A DNA stretch of 64,000 nt, taken from the NCBI RefSeq assembly GCF_046119375.1, contig NW_027362772.1:72292001-72356000 (forward strand), given 5' to 3'. Position numbers and translations under genes: made by a program. The notes under the pieces were generated by a model. The model saw only the letters and a program-made list of their open reading frames with translations. It did not search any database and was not told the DNA's origin. The stretch is from Phyllobates terribilis (Eukaryota). Below, piece by piece: positions 47,117-61,574 of the stretch. The first letter of the stretch is position 1; each line of letters starts with the position of its first letter.

Positions 47117-50100
47117 TCCACATCACTGCTCTAAAATACAGAGAAGGGTGGAAAATTATTACAAAGGATACAAGTTAAATGCTGCCAAAAATTCTTAAAA
47201 ATATATGTTTAACATTTTTCGGATAACATATTTCCTTTGAACAACCGTTGAAAAAAGAGTTAATGGAGTCTTTAAAAAAAGTGCCTGAGGCTCGGAGTCT
47301 AATCGAAGGAACTGTCTGTTTTCGGAAAGAACACTCTTGGAAGATCTGTTCTTAGAAGTCTACATTGTGCAGTTGCTCTGTTATTCCTCCTGGAAACGTG
47401 TGCTTTCTTAAAGAACAATTTCGAGAGATTGCACTAAGAAAATTGCTCATTGTCATTTCGTGGGGAATACAAGCATTTATGATCCTCGACCACAGAAACA
47501 CATGGCAGTGACTCGCCCAAGATATTCAAGAGGCGCTAAAATTATCCCCAGGAGCATTTCTGACACTGCGGAGGATCGTAATTTGGGATATTCCCATTGT
47601 ACAGGTGCAGATCATATCAATACTGTATATTGACTCACATCTTAGCGCCAAGGAATGACTGAGGGTGTAACTTGATGACTGTAGAAGTTTGCATAGCTGT
47701 CCCAGAAAACACTTCCTGATACTTTGGTTACACAGTGATCTTAGTATTGGATACTTAGAATTAAGACATTAGCAAAAAAAAAAAAAAAAAAAAAAAAGAT
47801 TATGCACTTTTCTTCTGTATGGAAACTTTTGCTACAAAGAAAAAAAAAAGTGCACAATCTTGTTTAAAAAAAATAAAACAAAATCTAACTTTTTGTCTAT
47901 GCAGATGTGTAGGTATATGGATCGTGCCTTCATGTGTTCCTTCATGTCCTGTCTAACTGGAATTTCCTGGCCTTAGGAAGTGTTCACAAACAGGGGCGGA
48001 CATATTATTGGTGCAACCAGTGGCGCCTAGCATCTGCAAAGCGAAATATTGCATTCTGATGAATTATTGCACTGCAATGGGCCCAGATACTGTTCTTGCA
48101 CGGGGGGGCTTCTTCAGTCTCGTTTTCACAAGTTCATATAAATCTACAAGTCCAGATTTGTTGCAGCTTTTCCGCATATTTTACCCCATGCATTGCAAAG
48201 AGTGAAACGTGAGGTTAGAGGGATTTTCCCTAAATCAATTATAGAATAGGGAATAATTTGCTAATCTTTAGGGATCCCACCACTGGAACGTCAACAATCC
48301 CAAAAAAATGGGATTGTGCTGTCTTGAATGGATCAGAGGTGTGCATGCATGACCTCCGCTCCACTCCTTATCAAAGGGACTGATGGAAATAGCTTTACTG
48401 GCGGTTACATAGAAAATGAATGGAGTAAGAACAAGCATGCACAACTCTGCTCTTTTCATTCTCGGGATCGCTGGGGATTAACAAGTTAAAATTTGCAATT
48501 AGGAATTTCTGCTGCATATATACCCACCGTGCGTGCAAATTACACATATTGGAATTGCTGCAGATTTTTCATCCCAATTTTTGGCAACATATGAGATGAG
48601 ATTTGAACAATCCACGGCATGTCAACTTCTGCAACGGATTGGTCGCAGATCTGCGGAGTTCAACAGGAAAGTCAAAATCTACAACAAACCCCAGTTGTTG
48701 AGGATTATTAGTTTGTAATGGTGACAATTTTTTTTTAAAGAGGAAATATAATCATGGCCATCATCTCTATGCAGGTACAACACGGCGATGACCTTTTCTT
48801 CTGCAAAACCCTCTCCTCACTGCTCAGAAATGTCACCGGTCCGGATTTTGTGCACATAGTAAATTCCAAGAAATGGTGTAAAAATTGCACATTTTGCATA
48901 ACATCGGCATTGTTTGAACATACAGTATAGCTCCGAGCATTCTAGATCCAAGTAAACAGATCAGTGATCTATCGGAAAAAGGCCCACGCATTGTGTTTTG
49001 CATGCTGGTCTGGAATGCATAAAGGTTGCATTCTTCTCGATTGTGTCAATCCGTTGAAATCGGACTGCACTCAGATGTCGTCCGAGTGCAGTCCGAAGGT
49101 TTCCACTGACTTGCATGGCAGAGTGCAATCCAAATATCTTATCAAACTTGAGCATGCAGCGATTTTTTCCTTGTTCCGAGGAAAAATTATGAAATGTGAA
49201 CCGCCCCAGAAAATAACATTGGTGCTGTCCGATGTTTTGTTGGACCAAAAATACGTCCCCAGTACCTGGTAATAAACATGTTCTTCATTTTCCTGTCCTT
49301 GAATTCCATTGTTCCAGAGTTCAGGAAGGACTCAGAACTAAGGAACTGGTGGCATTTGGCATGACTTTCCCTTCAGAAGTTTTTTTCCAAACTTATGCAA
49401 TAATACTAGAATATAATATCACATTATGATCAGTGGGGAACTGATCGGGGACTGATTCAGACTAGCTTCTCCTTCTGATTTTTAAAAGCTGGAGCGCCGC
49501 TCAGCAGGAAACTGCAGCACGTCCTTATTCACTTGCGGCATTTTCCTATGCAGTCGGGAAGGTGGGATGCAGCGCTTCGATACTACGGTGTCAGAGGTCA
49601 GACCATCACTTTAGGAGATTGATAAAAATCCCTATAAGTCGTCATTCAGACGTCCGTGTTCTATCAGTGTTTCTGACAAATAGAACAGGTACCCATTCTA
49701 CTCTACGCTGCTATTCACATGTCCATTTTTTTCTGGCAGAATAGATATAAAAATTACCATTGCAAAGGAAAGGAGACGCTTTGTAATTTATTTATCCGTG
49801 CATAAAAAACACGGATGACCAAGTTTTTGCCTAACAAAGCGTGACCCTTTCTCAGAACTCTAGGACGGAATGTTGCGATTGTAGCACTGAAAATGTTGCA
49901 GTTCTGAGTGATACATGATGAACACCAGGAATAAAATACGAAGCTTCTGTTTGTTTTTTCCTTTGTGACATCAGTATGATGTGACTAAATTCCTAAGTCC
50001 ATTGCGCTTCGTGCAACCTGATATTTTACTACAGGGTCACACCCGTGTCTACACAGCAAAAGCACGTAGCGTGTAAGAAAAACAATGTCAATGTTATGCG

Positions 50101-52027
50101 TGTCGGGAAGGCGTGTACTAGTACAGTAAGGGGGGGAGGCGACATTTATCTAAGGGCTCATTCAGACAACCGATTTTTTTCACGTACGATGATCAGAGTG
50201 TGGTCCGAGTGTCATCCAATTTATTCGTATGTGGAGAAATAATTTAAAAAAAAATCTCCACCTTTCCCATACTGAAAATCGGATGTCATCCGAGCGCTTC
50301 CAATTTTTTTTACTGACTTGCATTGCTGCCCCTTGGACGCGTGAATGGCCCCGTTGACTATCACAGGTACGAGTGCCACCCGTAAAAACCGGATGCGATA
50401 ATGAGACCTAAACTGTCAATATTGTGGAAACAGTAAATATTTACATTTAGAATCAGGAAATGTATCAATATTAGTAAATATCATTAATGTTACAATAATG
50501 AGGAAATGAAACCTTACAGAAGAGGTAAGTGACAGGTCTACAAATAGGTAAACCCCCAAAGGCAAAAAACAAATTAATGCCAACACAGGATGTAATAAAA
50601 GCTGCGGACCTCGTCCTCCACGTGCCGCCCACTCCCTTGTTTTATACCTCGCTGACACGGCCATAAAATTTTTTAAAAGCCGGGTTCATACAGGGACGTC
50701 ACTACCTGTAAAAAACGTCAACCTGCTCGCTGCATTAATCAGTCACATATGATTTTTTAAGCGGTCATGTCGTTTCTCATCAGAGACTAACCCCCCCCCA
50801 TGCTTTACACTGCAGCTTCTCCCAAGTATATTGGCAGATATGTATAAATAAAAGCCTATTTGAATGATTGTAAACCACAAGGGAAAAAAAAAAAAAAAAA
50901 ATGAAAGTGCTACAGACATTATGATGCTTTGACCACTGCACACAATCTCATATTATTCTCCGTAGAGGAAAATTCACATTGGGAAAGTTTGTGATCCATA
51001 TGGATTAAGAGCTCCATAAAAATTCAAAGCCCTTTAGCACGACTCAGAGATTGCTTTAGTAAAAAAATCTAATGACAGGTTATGGAGATTGCGAAAAAAA
51101 ACTACATTTCTAAAGGGCCCCATACACACTTGACCTGTAAATTGTTGCAGGATCAGCCGCCAATCTAGAAGTAGAAGGATCAGACATAACATGTGAACAT
51201 ACCCAAAGGGGGCAACTGAGTGATCATCAGAGGTTTATTAGCCCTAATTTTAGAAAATTGTTAAAAAAAAAAAAAAACACAGCCAAACTTTCCATTACTC
51301 ACCCTCCCCAGGTCCAGCACTGAGTTTTTTCTGCTGCTCACGGTGTCCGTTATTCTTGACAGCACTACAGCCAATCAATGAGCACCACCCAAGACCTCAC
51401 AGATTGGCTGCAGCACTGTCATCATCACATCAAATGCTGGACCCGGGGAGGGTGAATAAACCAGAAAAAAAAACCTTACAACTCCTTTAAACCTCCCATC
51501 CCATCAGAGAAAAACAGATTTCAATCAGAACAATCAATTTTTGGCTTCCTGTTACCAATTGGGGGCATGTCGGATTTTTTTTTTTTTTTTTTTTTTTTTT
51601 AGGGGGGTACTGATCATATAACTCCAACAAAGCGGATGGGGTGAGACTTTTATTCTTGCTGTCAATGAATGGAAATTTTATTTTCATTCCACAGTCCCGA
51701 CCTCGGATATTGTATCCAATCCAGGCAGATACACTGTATGGAAGGGAACAGCGACCCTATAAAAGGGATGGAGCGACAACAACTCGCTGACAGTCTCATG
51801 TGAGTCCCTAGGAGATAAGCAGTGCTGTAATATATATATATATTACTATTTCTAAGGCTGTGTCAATGCCCACTGTGTGTATTATCCTCAGTTATAATAT
51901 CTCTGCTCATTGCTCCCATCTCATTATCATTAGCGCCATTTACAAAAACAAACTAAAAGTCGCATAACTTTAAAAGGTCGCAGACCGACCAAAGGAGACC
52001 CGCCCCATCACCCCAGCCTGTACCCAC

Positions 52028-52310
52028 CGTCCACACACAGCAGCTGCTCTGGGGGGGACCAAGCACTGAGGACACCGGACCGTCCTCCTCCCGAACCGAG
52101 ACCATCAATGAGCCGCAAAACTTCGGCAAGAGTCGGTACCGCTGACAAGTGCACTGCGCCTGCGCGACCTATCCCCCTGGGGCTGGCCTCTGTCGTCACG
52201 GGGGGAGGGGTTATTATTATTATTTTTTTTTTTTGGGTGACGACTTTTCCTTCGCTGTAGATCTGTGCAGGGTGTGGTGGGACTACGAGTACCAGCATGT
52301 CCTGAGGAGG
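52028..52310 (-). promoter_or_regulatory. BCL2L12: Probable BCL2L12 promoter and non-coding exon 1
   Basis: CpG-rich island. Minus-strand donor ACG|GTGGGT at 52027, NRF1-like GCGCCTGCGC (~52156), ZNF143/SBS-like GGGACTACGAGTACCAGCATG (52279-52299). The first coding exon has an acceptor 14 nt upstream of its ATG. Confidence 0.6.
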
Positions 52311-54429
52311 GAGAAGCACGGAGAGCTCTTACTATAATGTACACTGGACCATAACCTGAGCTCTTATAAAACTGTCAGCCCTTGAGTTCCCCTTAAAGGG
52401 ATTATTCTCAACTTCTTAAAGGAGGGGGGGGGGGAGTAAAATTGCAACGTGTTTGCAATAAAAATCCTGAAAAATCCTTAAAAGTCAGAAACTTGCATTT
52501 CTTTTTGCCCAAACTATGTGCACACAGAATTTTTCAAGGAGTTTTTGGAGCGAAAATTCTCAAAACTCATAAACTTGGAGTTTCCGCCCAGACTATACAT
52601 ACATAGTTTTTCTAGTAGTTTTTTGGAGCAAAAATCCTCCTCAAAAATGAAAAAAATCCTAAAAAAAATTACAGTTTCTGCTCAGTTTCCTCTAAAAAAA
52701 AAAATCAAAAATACTGCGGTCTCCATTCATCATTGCCTTTGTGCCTGTTTTTTTTGTGTGTGTTTTGCTCCTTTTTTTTGTGCCCAATTTATTATTCTAT
52801 AGGTGCCTTGTTTTGTTTTGTTTTCGCTTAGTGATATCAGATTTTTTTCACCTGATTCATCAAGTGCAAATTAAAAAAAAAAAGTCACAAAATTTGGCCC
52901 CATTTATGCATGTTTCTCAAAAAGTAAAAATTTTTTACATTGATTTTGAAAAAAATGCGACTTCTTGCTCAAAAACTTGCAAAAATGATTAAATACAGGG
53001 AAGAAGCCCATTATTTTTACCTTGAACTGTGTGCACCATTTTGATCATCAGTGAATACCTAAAGATTAAAAAAAAAGAAAAATGGCAAAAAAAAAGAAGA
53101 AAAACAACCAAAAATTAAGAATCCGCGTGTCCATGTACAGTCTCATCAGCGCTATTTGCACACTGCGCTTTTTAAGGAGGTTTTTTCTTTTGGAGCGGAT
53201 CCTCTGCAAAATCCTCAAAAAAACACTTTAAGGCTATGTACACACGGAGACTTTTTGAAGAGTTTTTTTTAGCAGAAATTGAGCACAACCTCCAAGTTTA
53301 TGAGGAATTTTGCATTTTTGAGGAGGATTTGGAAAGTTTCTGCTCAGTTTTCGTTCAGTTTCTGCTCCAAAACCTCAAAAAAAAACCCAGATTTCCTAGA
53401 AATGTATGGAAAGTTCTTTCTTTCTCCTATTCATTTCTATGGGAAATTCACTTTGCTGTTCATATGAGTTTTTGGGGGTTATGTGTACATGGAGTCTTCT
53501 TTTGCAGAGATTCTGGAATGGAAACAGCAGAAATTTGCAAGTTTTTATATTTTTTTTAGAAGTTTCTGCTCAAAAAACTCTTCAAGAAACCTCTGCGTGC
53601 ACATAGCCTTTGGGCATTTTTTTTTCTTTAAGAGGTTGTATAAAAGGCCCGTTAGGTAAAACAAAAAATAAAAAAAAATAGTTCATGTTACTTCTTTGAA
53701 GTGGATCCTGATGGATACCGTGCTAGATCAAAAGGCTGCAAAAAAAAAACTTCAAGGAAAAAAAATTCAAAAGTATTTAGGAAACTAAAAACTCCACTAA
53801 AAAAAAGCGTTTTCCTCTTGATAAAACATGTTGTCTTTTGAATGCTGAAAAAAACTCTCAAAGAATTGACATGCACCTTTTGGGGGTATGTGACCATAAA
53901 TTTTTCGAGGAGTCTTTCGGAGCAGATCTGCTCCACACTTATGTGTCTTTTTTTTTAAAAAAAAAATTAATCATTTAGTTCTCATAAAACACTCATGTTT
54001 TATTCTTTGCTAAATAGATTTAAAACAACTTGAGAAAATCACCCATAAAAAAACTCTCACAAACGTGTACAAAACCTTTACAGAATAAAAGCTTCAGGAA
54101 AAACATTAAAAAACCGCAAAAAAGAAAAACCTCTAGAAAATGCCACATAGAAGGAGCCGTTCCTGAAGTGGTGTCCGCTAGAAAAACTCATTTTTTTTTT
54201 TAGACGGCCATGTAAAAACTCTCTGTGCACATTGTTTCTTTCTCCTTCAGGCGTTTTACAAAACATATTCAGGAATAAAAAAAAACCTCACATCAACAGC
54301 AAAGTGGATTTCTCATAGAAATTAATTGGAAGAGTTTTTCAAGTATTTTTGGAGCAGTTTATGGTGAGGATTTTGGAACGGATCCGCTCCAAAAGTTTTC
54401 AAAGAATATCTGGTGAGGATAGTCTAACA

Positions 54430-56180
54430 GTACACCCATAGGCTCTTCCAGTAGTACTGATAACAGTTTCCCCATAAACTGTGCCATTACCAGTTCCCAT
54501 TATAAATTGTATTTGGTACAGTTTATGTTCCAGTGCTCCCATTAACAATACCCCATAAACTGTGCCAATGCTGCCATTAACAGTACCTCCATAAACTGTG
54601 CCAAAGGTTCCATTAATAGTACCTCCATAATCTGTGACAGAGCTCCCATTAATAGTACCCCATAATCTGTGCCAGTGTTCTCATTAACAGTCCCCCCATA
54701 ATCTATGCCACTTTTCCAATTAATAGTACCTCCATAATCTGTGCCAGTAGTCCCATTAACAGGACCCCATAATCTGTGCCTGTGCTCCCATTAACAGTAC
54801 CCCATAATCTGTGCCAGTGCTCCCATTAACAGTACCCCATAATCTGTGCCAGTTTTCTCATTAACATGACCCCCATAAACTGTGCCAGTGCTCCCATTAA
54901 CAGTACCTCCATAATCTGTGACAGAGCTCCCATTAATAGTACCCCATAATCTGTGCCAGTGTTCTCATTAACAGTCCCCTTATCACCTGTGCCAGTTTTC
55001 CCATTAGCAGTACCCCCATAATCTGTGCCAGTTTTCCCATTAGCAGTACCCCCATAATCTGTGCCAGTTTTCCCATTAGCAGTACCCCCATAATCTGTGC
55101 TAGTTTTTCCATTAATAGTACCCCCATAATCTGTGCCAGTGCTCCCATTAACAGTACTCCCATAATCTGTGCCAGTGCTCCTATTAACAGTACCCCCATA
55201 ATCTGTGCCAGTGCTCCCATTAACAGTACCCCCATAATCTGTGCCAGTTTTCCAATTAACAGTACCCCCATAATCTGTGCCAGTTTTCCAATTAATAGTA
55301 CCCCCATAATCTGAGCCAGTGCTCCCATTAACAGTACCTCCATAATCTGTGCCAGTAGTACCATTAACAGGACCCCATAATCTGTGCCAGTGCTCCCATT
55401 AACAGTACCCCCTTAATCTGTGCCAGTTTCTCATTAACATGACCCCCATAAACTGTGCCAGTGCTCCCATAAACAGTACCTCCATAATCTGTGCCAGTTT
55501 TCAATTAACAGGACCCCCATAATCTGTGCCAGTGCTCCCATTAACAGTACCCCCATAATCTGTGCCAGTGCTCCCATTAACAGTACCCCCATAATCTGTG
55601 CCAGTGCTCCCATTAACAGTACCCCCATAATCTGTGCCAGTGCTCCCATTAACAGTACCCCCATAATCTGTGCCAGTTTTCCAATTAACAGTACCCCCAT
55701 AATCTGTGCCAGTTTTCCAATTAATAGTACCCCCATAATCTGAGCCAGTGCTCCCATTAACAGTACCTCCATAATCTGTGCCAGTAGTCCCATTAACAGG
55801 ACCCCATAATCTGTGCCAGTAGTCTCATTAACATGACACCCATAATCTGTGCTAGTTTTCCCATTAACAGTACCTCCATAAACTGTGCCACTAGTCCCAT
55901 TAACATGACCCCATAAACTGTGCCAGTGCTCCCATTAATAGTACCCACATAATCTGTGCCAGTTGTCTCATTAACAGTACCTCCATAAACTGTGCCAGTG
56001 CTCCCATTAACAGTACCCCAATAATTTGTGTAATTTTTCCCATTAACAGTACCTCATAATCTGTGCTATTTTTACCAATGACTAACTACTCTCATAAACT
56101 GTGCCAGTGCTCCCAATAACAGTACTCCTATCAGTTGTGCCAGTGCTCCCCATAATACCACTCCCATAAACTGTGCCAGT
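54430..56180. repeat. 36-bp minisatellite, ~48 units, with a ~430-bp higher-order duplication
   Basis: Unit CCCATAATCTGTGCCAGTGCTCCCATTAACAGTACC. The diagnostic variant CTGAGCC occurs at 55311 and 55740. Confidence 0.97.
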
Positions 56181-57339
56181 CAAATAATAACTTATTAAAC
56201 AGTATGAGCTGCTGAAAAGCTGACAAAAGTTGACCCAGTATTCCCACTGACTCCGCGCTCTCACACAGTGCCAGTCAGAAAACAACCCAGTAAGCAGCAC
56301 TGGCCATTATCTGATAACCAGTGCCCCAAGAGCGCCCCCTTGGTGATGGTAACCAGTGGCACTGAAAGACACCTCCCATAAATAGTGCTAGAAGGAGAGT
56401 GACCCAATAAACATTGTCAGCACAACACTACAATACACAGTTTGCCCCATATACAGTAGCAGTCACAGTGCTCCAATTACCAGTGCCCCCATAAACAGTG
56501 ACTATGATGCTGGAACTTTTATAGGGACACAATAGTAGCAAAATGATTCTGTGGATGGCATAGAGACTTATGTTTGACCCTTTTTTAAATTAACTTTACT
56601 TAGTTTTGTCTGTTCTTTTTTTTTCCATCCATGGCGATCCCTATCCTGATATTTTCGGCTAATTCATCATTTGTGACTTTTCCTACTGGAGTCCAAGTTT
56701 TGTCTAATTTGATTTGTGCACAGTTGAATACTAAAGTGCGACTAACTTTGAGTTGCGAAAAAAGTTTGCAACATTTCAAGGAGTTAATTTTTTTTGCAAG
56801 AATTCCGGTGATTAATCGGGGCTTAGACTAGTGACAATTTTATTTTATTTTTTTAGATACACCGGAGCAATAAACAAAAAGTTGGTGGAACTTTCTTTCT
56901 GGAGGGGTTTGGACATTTTTATGTTCCATTTTTTTTTTTGCAACATGTATAAACAGTAATTTGTAAACTCCCCAAAATCCATAGATGCAAATCTGATTAC
57001 ACCTCTTCCCCTTTTTGTGAAATGATGGATTTCTTGTGTGAAACTGCTGAGCACACAATTGTTACTACTGAGAGGACCCAGAGAATTCAAGGAAATAATG
57101 ACCGAATGGATAATTACAGTAATATGTGGCACTTTCTTCTGCTCTAGTAAAGAACAGATTATTAGGCTGGTGTAAAATACTCAAATAATAAATGCACTAA
57201 CACTATATTTCATTTTTTCTATTTTTTTTTTATAGAAAGTACCCCTCAAAACCTTTGAAACCTGTGATATTTATGTAATTAAATTAACTAGATAATATTG
57301 ATGAGAGGATAATGATCATTCATATGGAAAAAACAGAAG

Positions 57340-58580
57340 CAGTACCACTTTTATCCACCAGGAGATTATATAAAGCAGCAATACCACTTTTATCCATCAG
57401 GAGGTGATATAAATCAGCTGTACCACTTTTATCCATCAGGAGGTGATATAAATCAGCTGTACCACTTTTATTCACCAGGAGGTGATATGAATCAGCAGTA
57501 CCACTTTTATCTACGAGGAGGTGATATAAATCAGCAGTACCACTTTTAGCCACCAGGAGGTGATATGAATCAGCAGTACCACTTTTATCCATCAGGAGAT
57601 GATATAAAGCAGCAATACCACTTTTATCCATCAGGAGATGATATAAAGCAGCAATACCACTTTTATCCACCAGGAGGTGATATGAAGTAACAGTACCAGT
57701 TTTATCCACCAGGAGGTGATATAAAGCAGCAGTACCACTTTTATCCACCAGGATATGATATAAAGCAGCAGTACCACTTTTATCCACCAGGAGGTGACAT
57801 GAAGTAGCAGTACCACTTTTATCCACCAGGAGGTGACGTGAAGTAGCAGTACCACTTTTATCCACCAGGTGGTAATATAAAGCTTCAGTACCACTTTTAT
57901 CCACCAGGATGTGATATAAAGCAGCAGTACCACTTTTATCCACCAGGAGGTGATATAAATCAGCTGTACCACTTTTATCCACCAGGAGGTGATATAAAGC
58001 AGCAATACCACTTTTATCCACCAGGAGGTGATATAAAGCAGCAGTACCACTTTTATCCACCTGGAGGTGACATAAACCAAGAAGTACCACTTTTATCCAT
58101 CAGGAGGTGATATAAAGCAGCAATACCACTTTTATCCACCAGGATGTCATATAAAACAGCAGAACCGCTTTTATCCACCAGGTGGTGATATAAATCAGCA
58201 GTACCACTTTTATCCATCAGATGATATAAAGCAGCAGTACCACTTTTATCCACCAGGAGGTGATATAAAGCAGCAATACCACTTTTATCCACCAGGAGGT
58301 GATATAAAGGAGCTGTACCACTTTTATCCATCAAATGATATAAAGCAGCAGTACCACTTTTATCCACCAGGAGGTGATATAAAGCAGCAATACCACTTTT
58401 ATCCACCAGGAGGTGATATAAAGCAGCAATACCGCTATTATCCACCAGGAGGTGATATAAAACAGCAGAACCGCTTTTAGCCACCAGGAGGTGATATAAA
58501 ATAGCAGAACCGCTTTTATCCACCAGGAGGTGTTATAAAGCAGCAGAACCACTTTTATCCACCAGGAGGTGATATAACAA
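57340..58580. repeat. 39-bp minisatellite, ~32 units
   Basis: Unit AGCAGTACCACTTTTATCCACCAGGAGGTGATATAAAGC. Confidence 0.97.
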
Positions 58581-59820
58581 ACCATTCCAACCACATTTAT
58601 TATTCACTTTAGGGCTGATTTCGGCTGTAATGCAAAAATTAAACAAGTTGCAATTTTGCTTAAAAATTACTGAAAATTTTGGGGCAAAAAAATTTTCAAC
58701 AGTATTTCCAAGAAAATAAGTAATAAAGGTTAAAAAAAAATGAAAATTAGGCTGAAGTTACATTGTCTGCTGTTATTGTGTGTCCAGTATGAGACATCGT
58801 TGCCATTATCAAAAACAAAAACTTGTGTAGGAAGGGTCATTTTTATGTTTCGGCATAGAGGGGTTTACTCAGGATGCCCCTCTGAACATGAAACAATAGC
58901 CGCTATGGAGGACCGCCCAGCCCTTTATTATTTGTAATGTCTGTATTTCCCCACAACAATGCAAGGGAAGTAAGTGGCCAAGAAAAAATAACACATCATA
59001 GGGGTTATTTTTCATTTTTCATCCCCGAAATATAATATCTGACTTTAACATTTGACACTGAAAAATTTATGGTGTACAAAAAAATCACTCCAGTGGGGCA
59101 CTGGAGCACATTTGCGTAAATTTGCATGATATTTTTTTTTTAAAAAAAAGTCGCAAAAAATTAATTTGCCTCAATCATTTGGATTACAAAAATCACAGCC
59201 AAGGTGGCAAGCTGAGATAAAAAAATAAACAAGTATAAACAGACTTCAATATAGACGTCATGCCCTTTTTTTTCAGACTATGCCCCTGTACAAAATCACG
59301 AGTTTCACAAGGATTATGTGAGGCGTGGGAAATTTGTCCGAATCTTTGAGGAAGTTACCCTTGTTTCCAGGAGCCGGTCTTAATAAAATACAACAAACTA
59401 ATTTAGAGCTATAAGCCTCCTAATAAGTTTGACGAATATTTACCTGTTTCTTTTGTGATAAAGCAAATCTAAATGTTAGTAAATTTGATGGGTTTCAGGA
59501 TGCTAAATCCCACCTACTTCTTCAAAAGTCATACATCGTGCGCAAAACAGAAAGTGTGCAAAAATGTTCAACTTTTTTTGCCAGAAAATTGGCACAAGCT
59601 GTATAATACATTTTGTAACGACAAGTAGAAAAATTAAATGTAGCTTAAACTGGTATTGGTCCTGTAGAACTATAATACTTCCGTCCTGCTGGCAACCTCT
59701 TCATTAGCGCCTCCTTCACCCTGAGTCACTCTCAATGCAACACAGCACACACTCTCTATTTCGGTCACTTTTCCTGCAGTTTGCGCTGAAGTTTTTTACT
59801 TGCTGCTCTGAGCCCCTCTC

Positions 59821-60295
59821 TAAAGTAATGCTACTCATCCCCACTTGCTAACTTAGTCTCTACAGTAGTGCTATTCATCCCCACCTGCTAGCTTAGTCTC
59901 TACAATAGTGCTACTCATCCCCACCTGCTAGCTTAGTCTCTACAGTAGTGCTACTCATCCCCACCTGCTAACTTAGTCTCTACAATAGTGCTACTCATCC
60001 CCACCTGCTAGCTTAGTCTCTACAGTAGTGCTACTCATCCCCACCTGCTAGCTTAGTCTCTACAGTAGTGCTACTCATCCCCACCTGCTAGCTTAGTCTC
60101 TACAGAAGTGCTACTCATCCCCACCTGCTAGCTTAGTCTCTACAGTAGTGCTACTCATCCCCACCTGCTAGCTTAGTCTCTACAGTAGTGCTACTCATCC
60201 CCACCTGCTAGCTTAGTCTCTACAGTAGTGCTACTCATCCCCACCTGCTAGCTTAGTCTCTATAGTAGTGCTACTCATCCCCACTTGCTAGCTAG
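59821..60295. repeat. 40-bp VNTR, ~12 near-identical units
   Basis: Unit TACAGTAGTGCTACTCATCCCCACCTGCTAGCTTAGTCTC. Confidence 0.97.
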
Positions 60296-61574
60296 TTATG
60301 ACTCAGGCATTTCTGTGCTGAGCAACTCATCTTTCCTGCTTCTGTCAGTCTGCACATGTCTGTCCTTTACTGGCAAGAAACAAGTACCTTGCATACTATA
60401 AGGGTCAAGGCTTCGAATTTGGTTCCCTCTGAACCTGCCATGTTACCAGCAACTTAGAGGACTAAGTAAAAGGAAACAGTACCACCCTTGCCACTAATAA
60501 GACTTCACCACCACTACTCAGTGCCACCATTTCCTAACTCGGGGAATATCTCACATATTTTATATTAGTTTTAGCATCACCACGGCAAGGGTGCACCGAG
60601 CCCCTGTGCTTTGTAGGACCAGTCTTTTTGTACTGAATGACAAACTTTAAGTGCTTAAATGCGTGGGTGTGGCTAACTGGGCAAATGCCCAGGGCTCACA
60701 TTTTATAGGGCACCTCCAAAGAGCAAAAAATAACACTGTCATTAAATAAAAAAATGGGGAGCCGTACTTTACCAGCTGCCCAGCGCCTCATTTCCTGTAA
60801 AAGAGTCCGAGTTGACCAAGTTCCTACAGAAGCCTGAGTACCGATCCACCGGTCTATATTTGCATTCACAGGGCATTCGTGTGAAATATAACATACCTGA
60901 CACATCTGCACATTTTCCATCTAGTCGGTGACACGTACTGATTGTCGGGACTTAAACAAAACAGGGGAAGAGCAAATAAAGAGATTAGATGATAACGTTC
61001 CCAATTTGAAGGTCACAATTTCTTCACAGACTTTTAATTATCTCAGGAAAAGTCCTGGACTTGTTCCAATTATCATTCATGAGATTTTCATTCTTCCACC
61101 ATTGTCCAGGAATGCTGGGTGTTAATACAATTAACATGAACTTACTCCTCCTGGTAGAAGACTCTGAGATTTCTGTTTTGGATGCATACAATGCCGTCCA
61201 ATCTATTCAGATGTTTATCTTGACTTGAAAAACAAACCAAAAGACCATGCCCAACCCTTACAATGAATATTCTCCTTCATGAATAAATGGATTCCTTCTT
61301 TTTTCTTATAGATTGGGGAACCTTATCAAGTCTTTGTTGTTTAATTGATCAAGATGGTTAAGATTGGAGACACCAAAGTAGAAAATTGAGAGTTCATACA
61401 CACTAGATGGCTGTCAGCTGAACTCCCACATTCGGACGATTGTCCAATACACAGGAGTGCTCTTTCGTCCTGAGTGCTCCTATGTCCTCCATGAGAAAGC
61501 TGTCACCAGATATGTCCGGAGATGGCTTATCTAAAGGAAGGGAGACAATACAATCCACAGTCCAAAATCAGACA

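Noticed and set aside
54933-58594. Long 12-aa and 13-aa repeat ORFs (MGALAQIMGVLL; LLVDKSGTAALYH)
   Set aside because: These are direct translations of the 36-bp and 39-bp units, with no splice or promoter support.
60696-60920. 74-aa ORF with CQVC, possibly IRF3 or a BED-finger remnant
   Set aside because: It lacks the IRF tryptophan-repeat pattern and is on the wrong strand for a head-to-head IRF3. It is too degenerate to assign.
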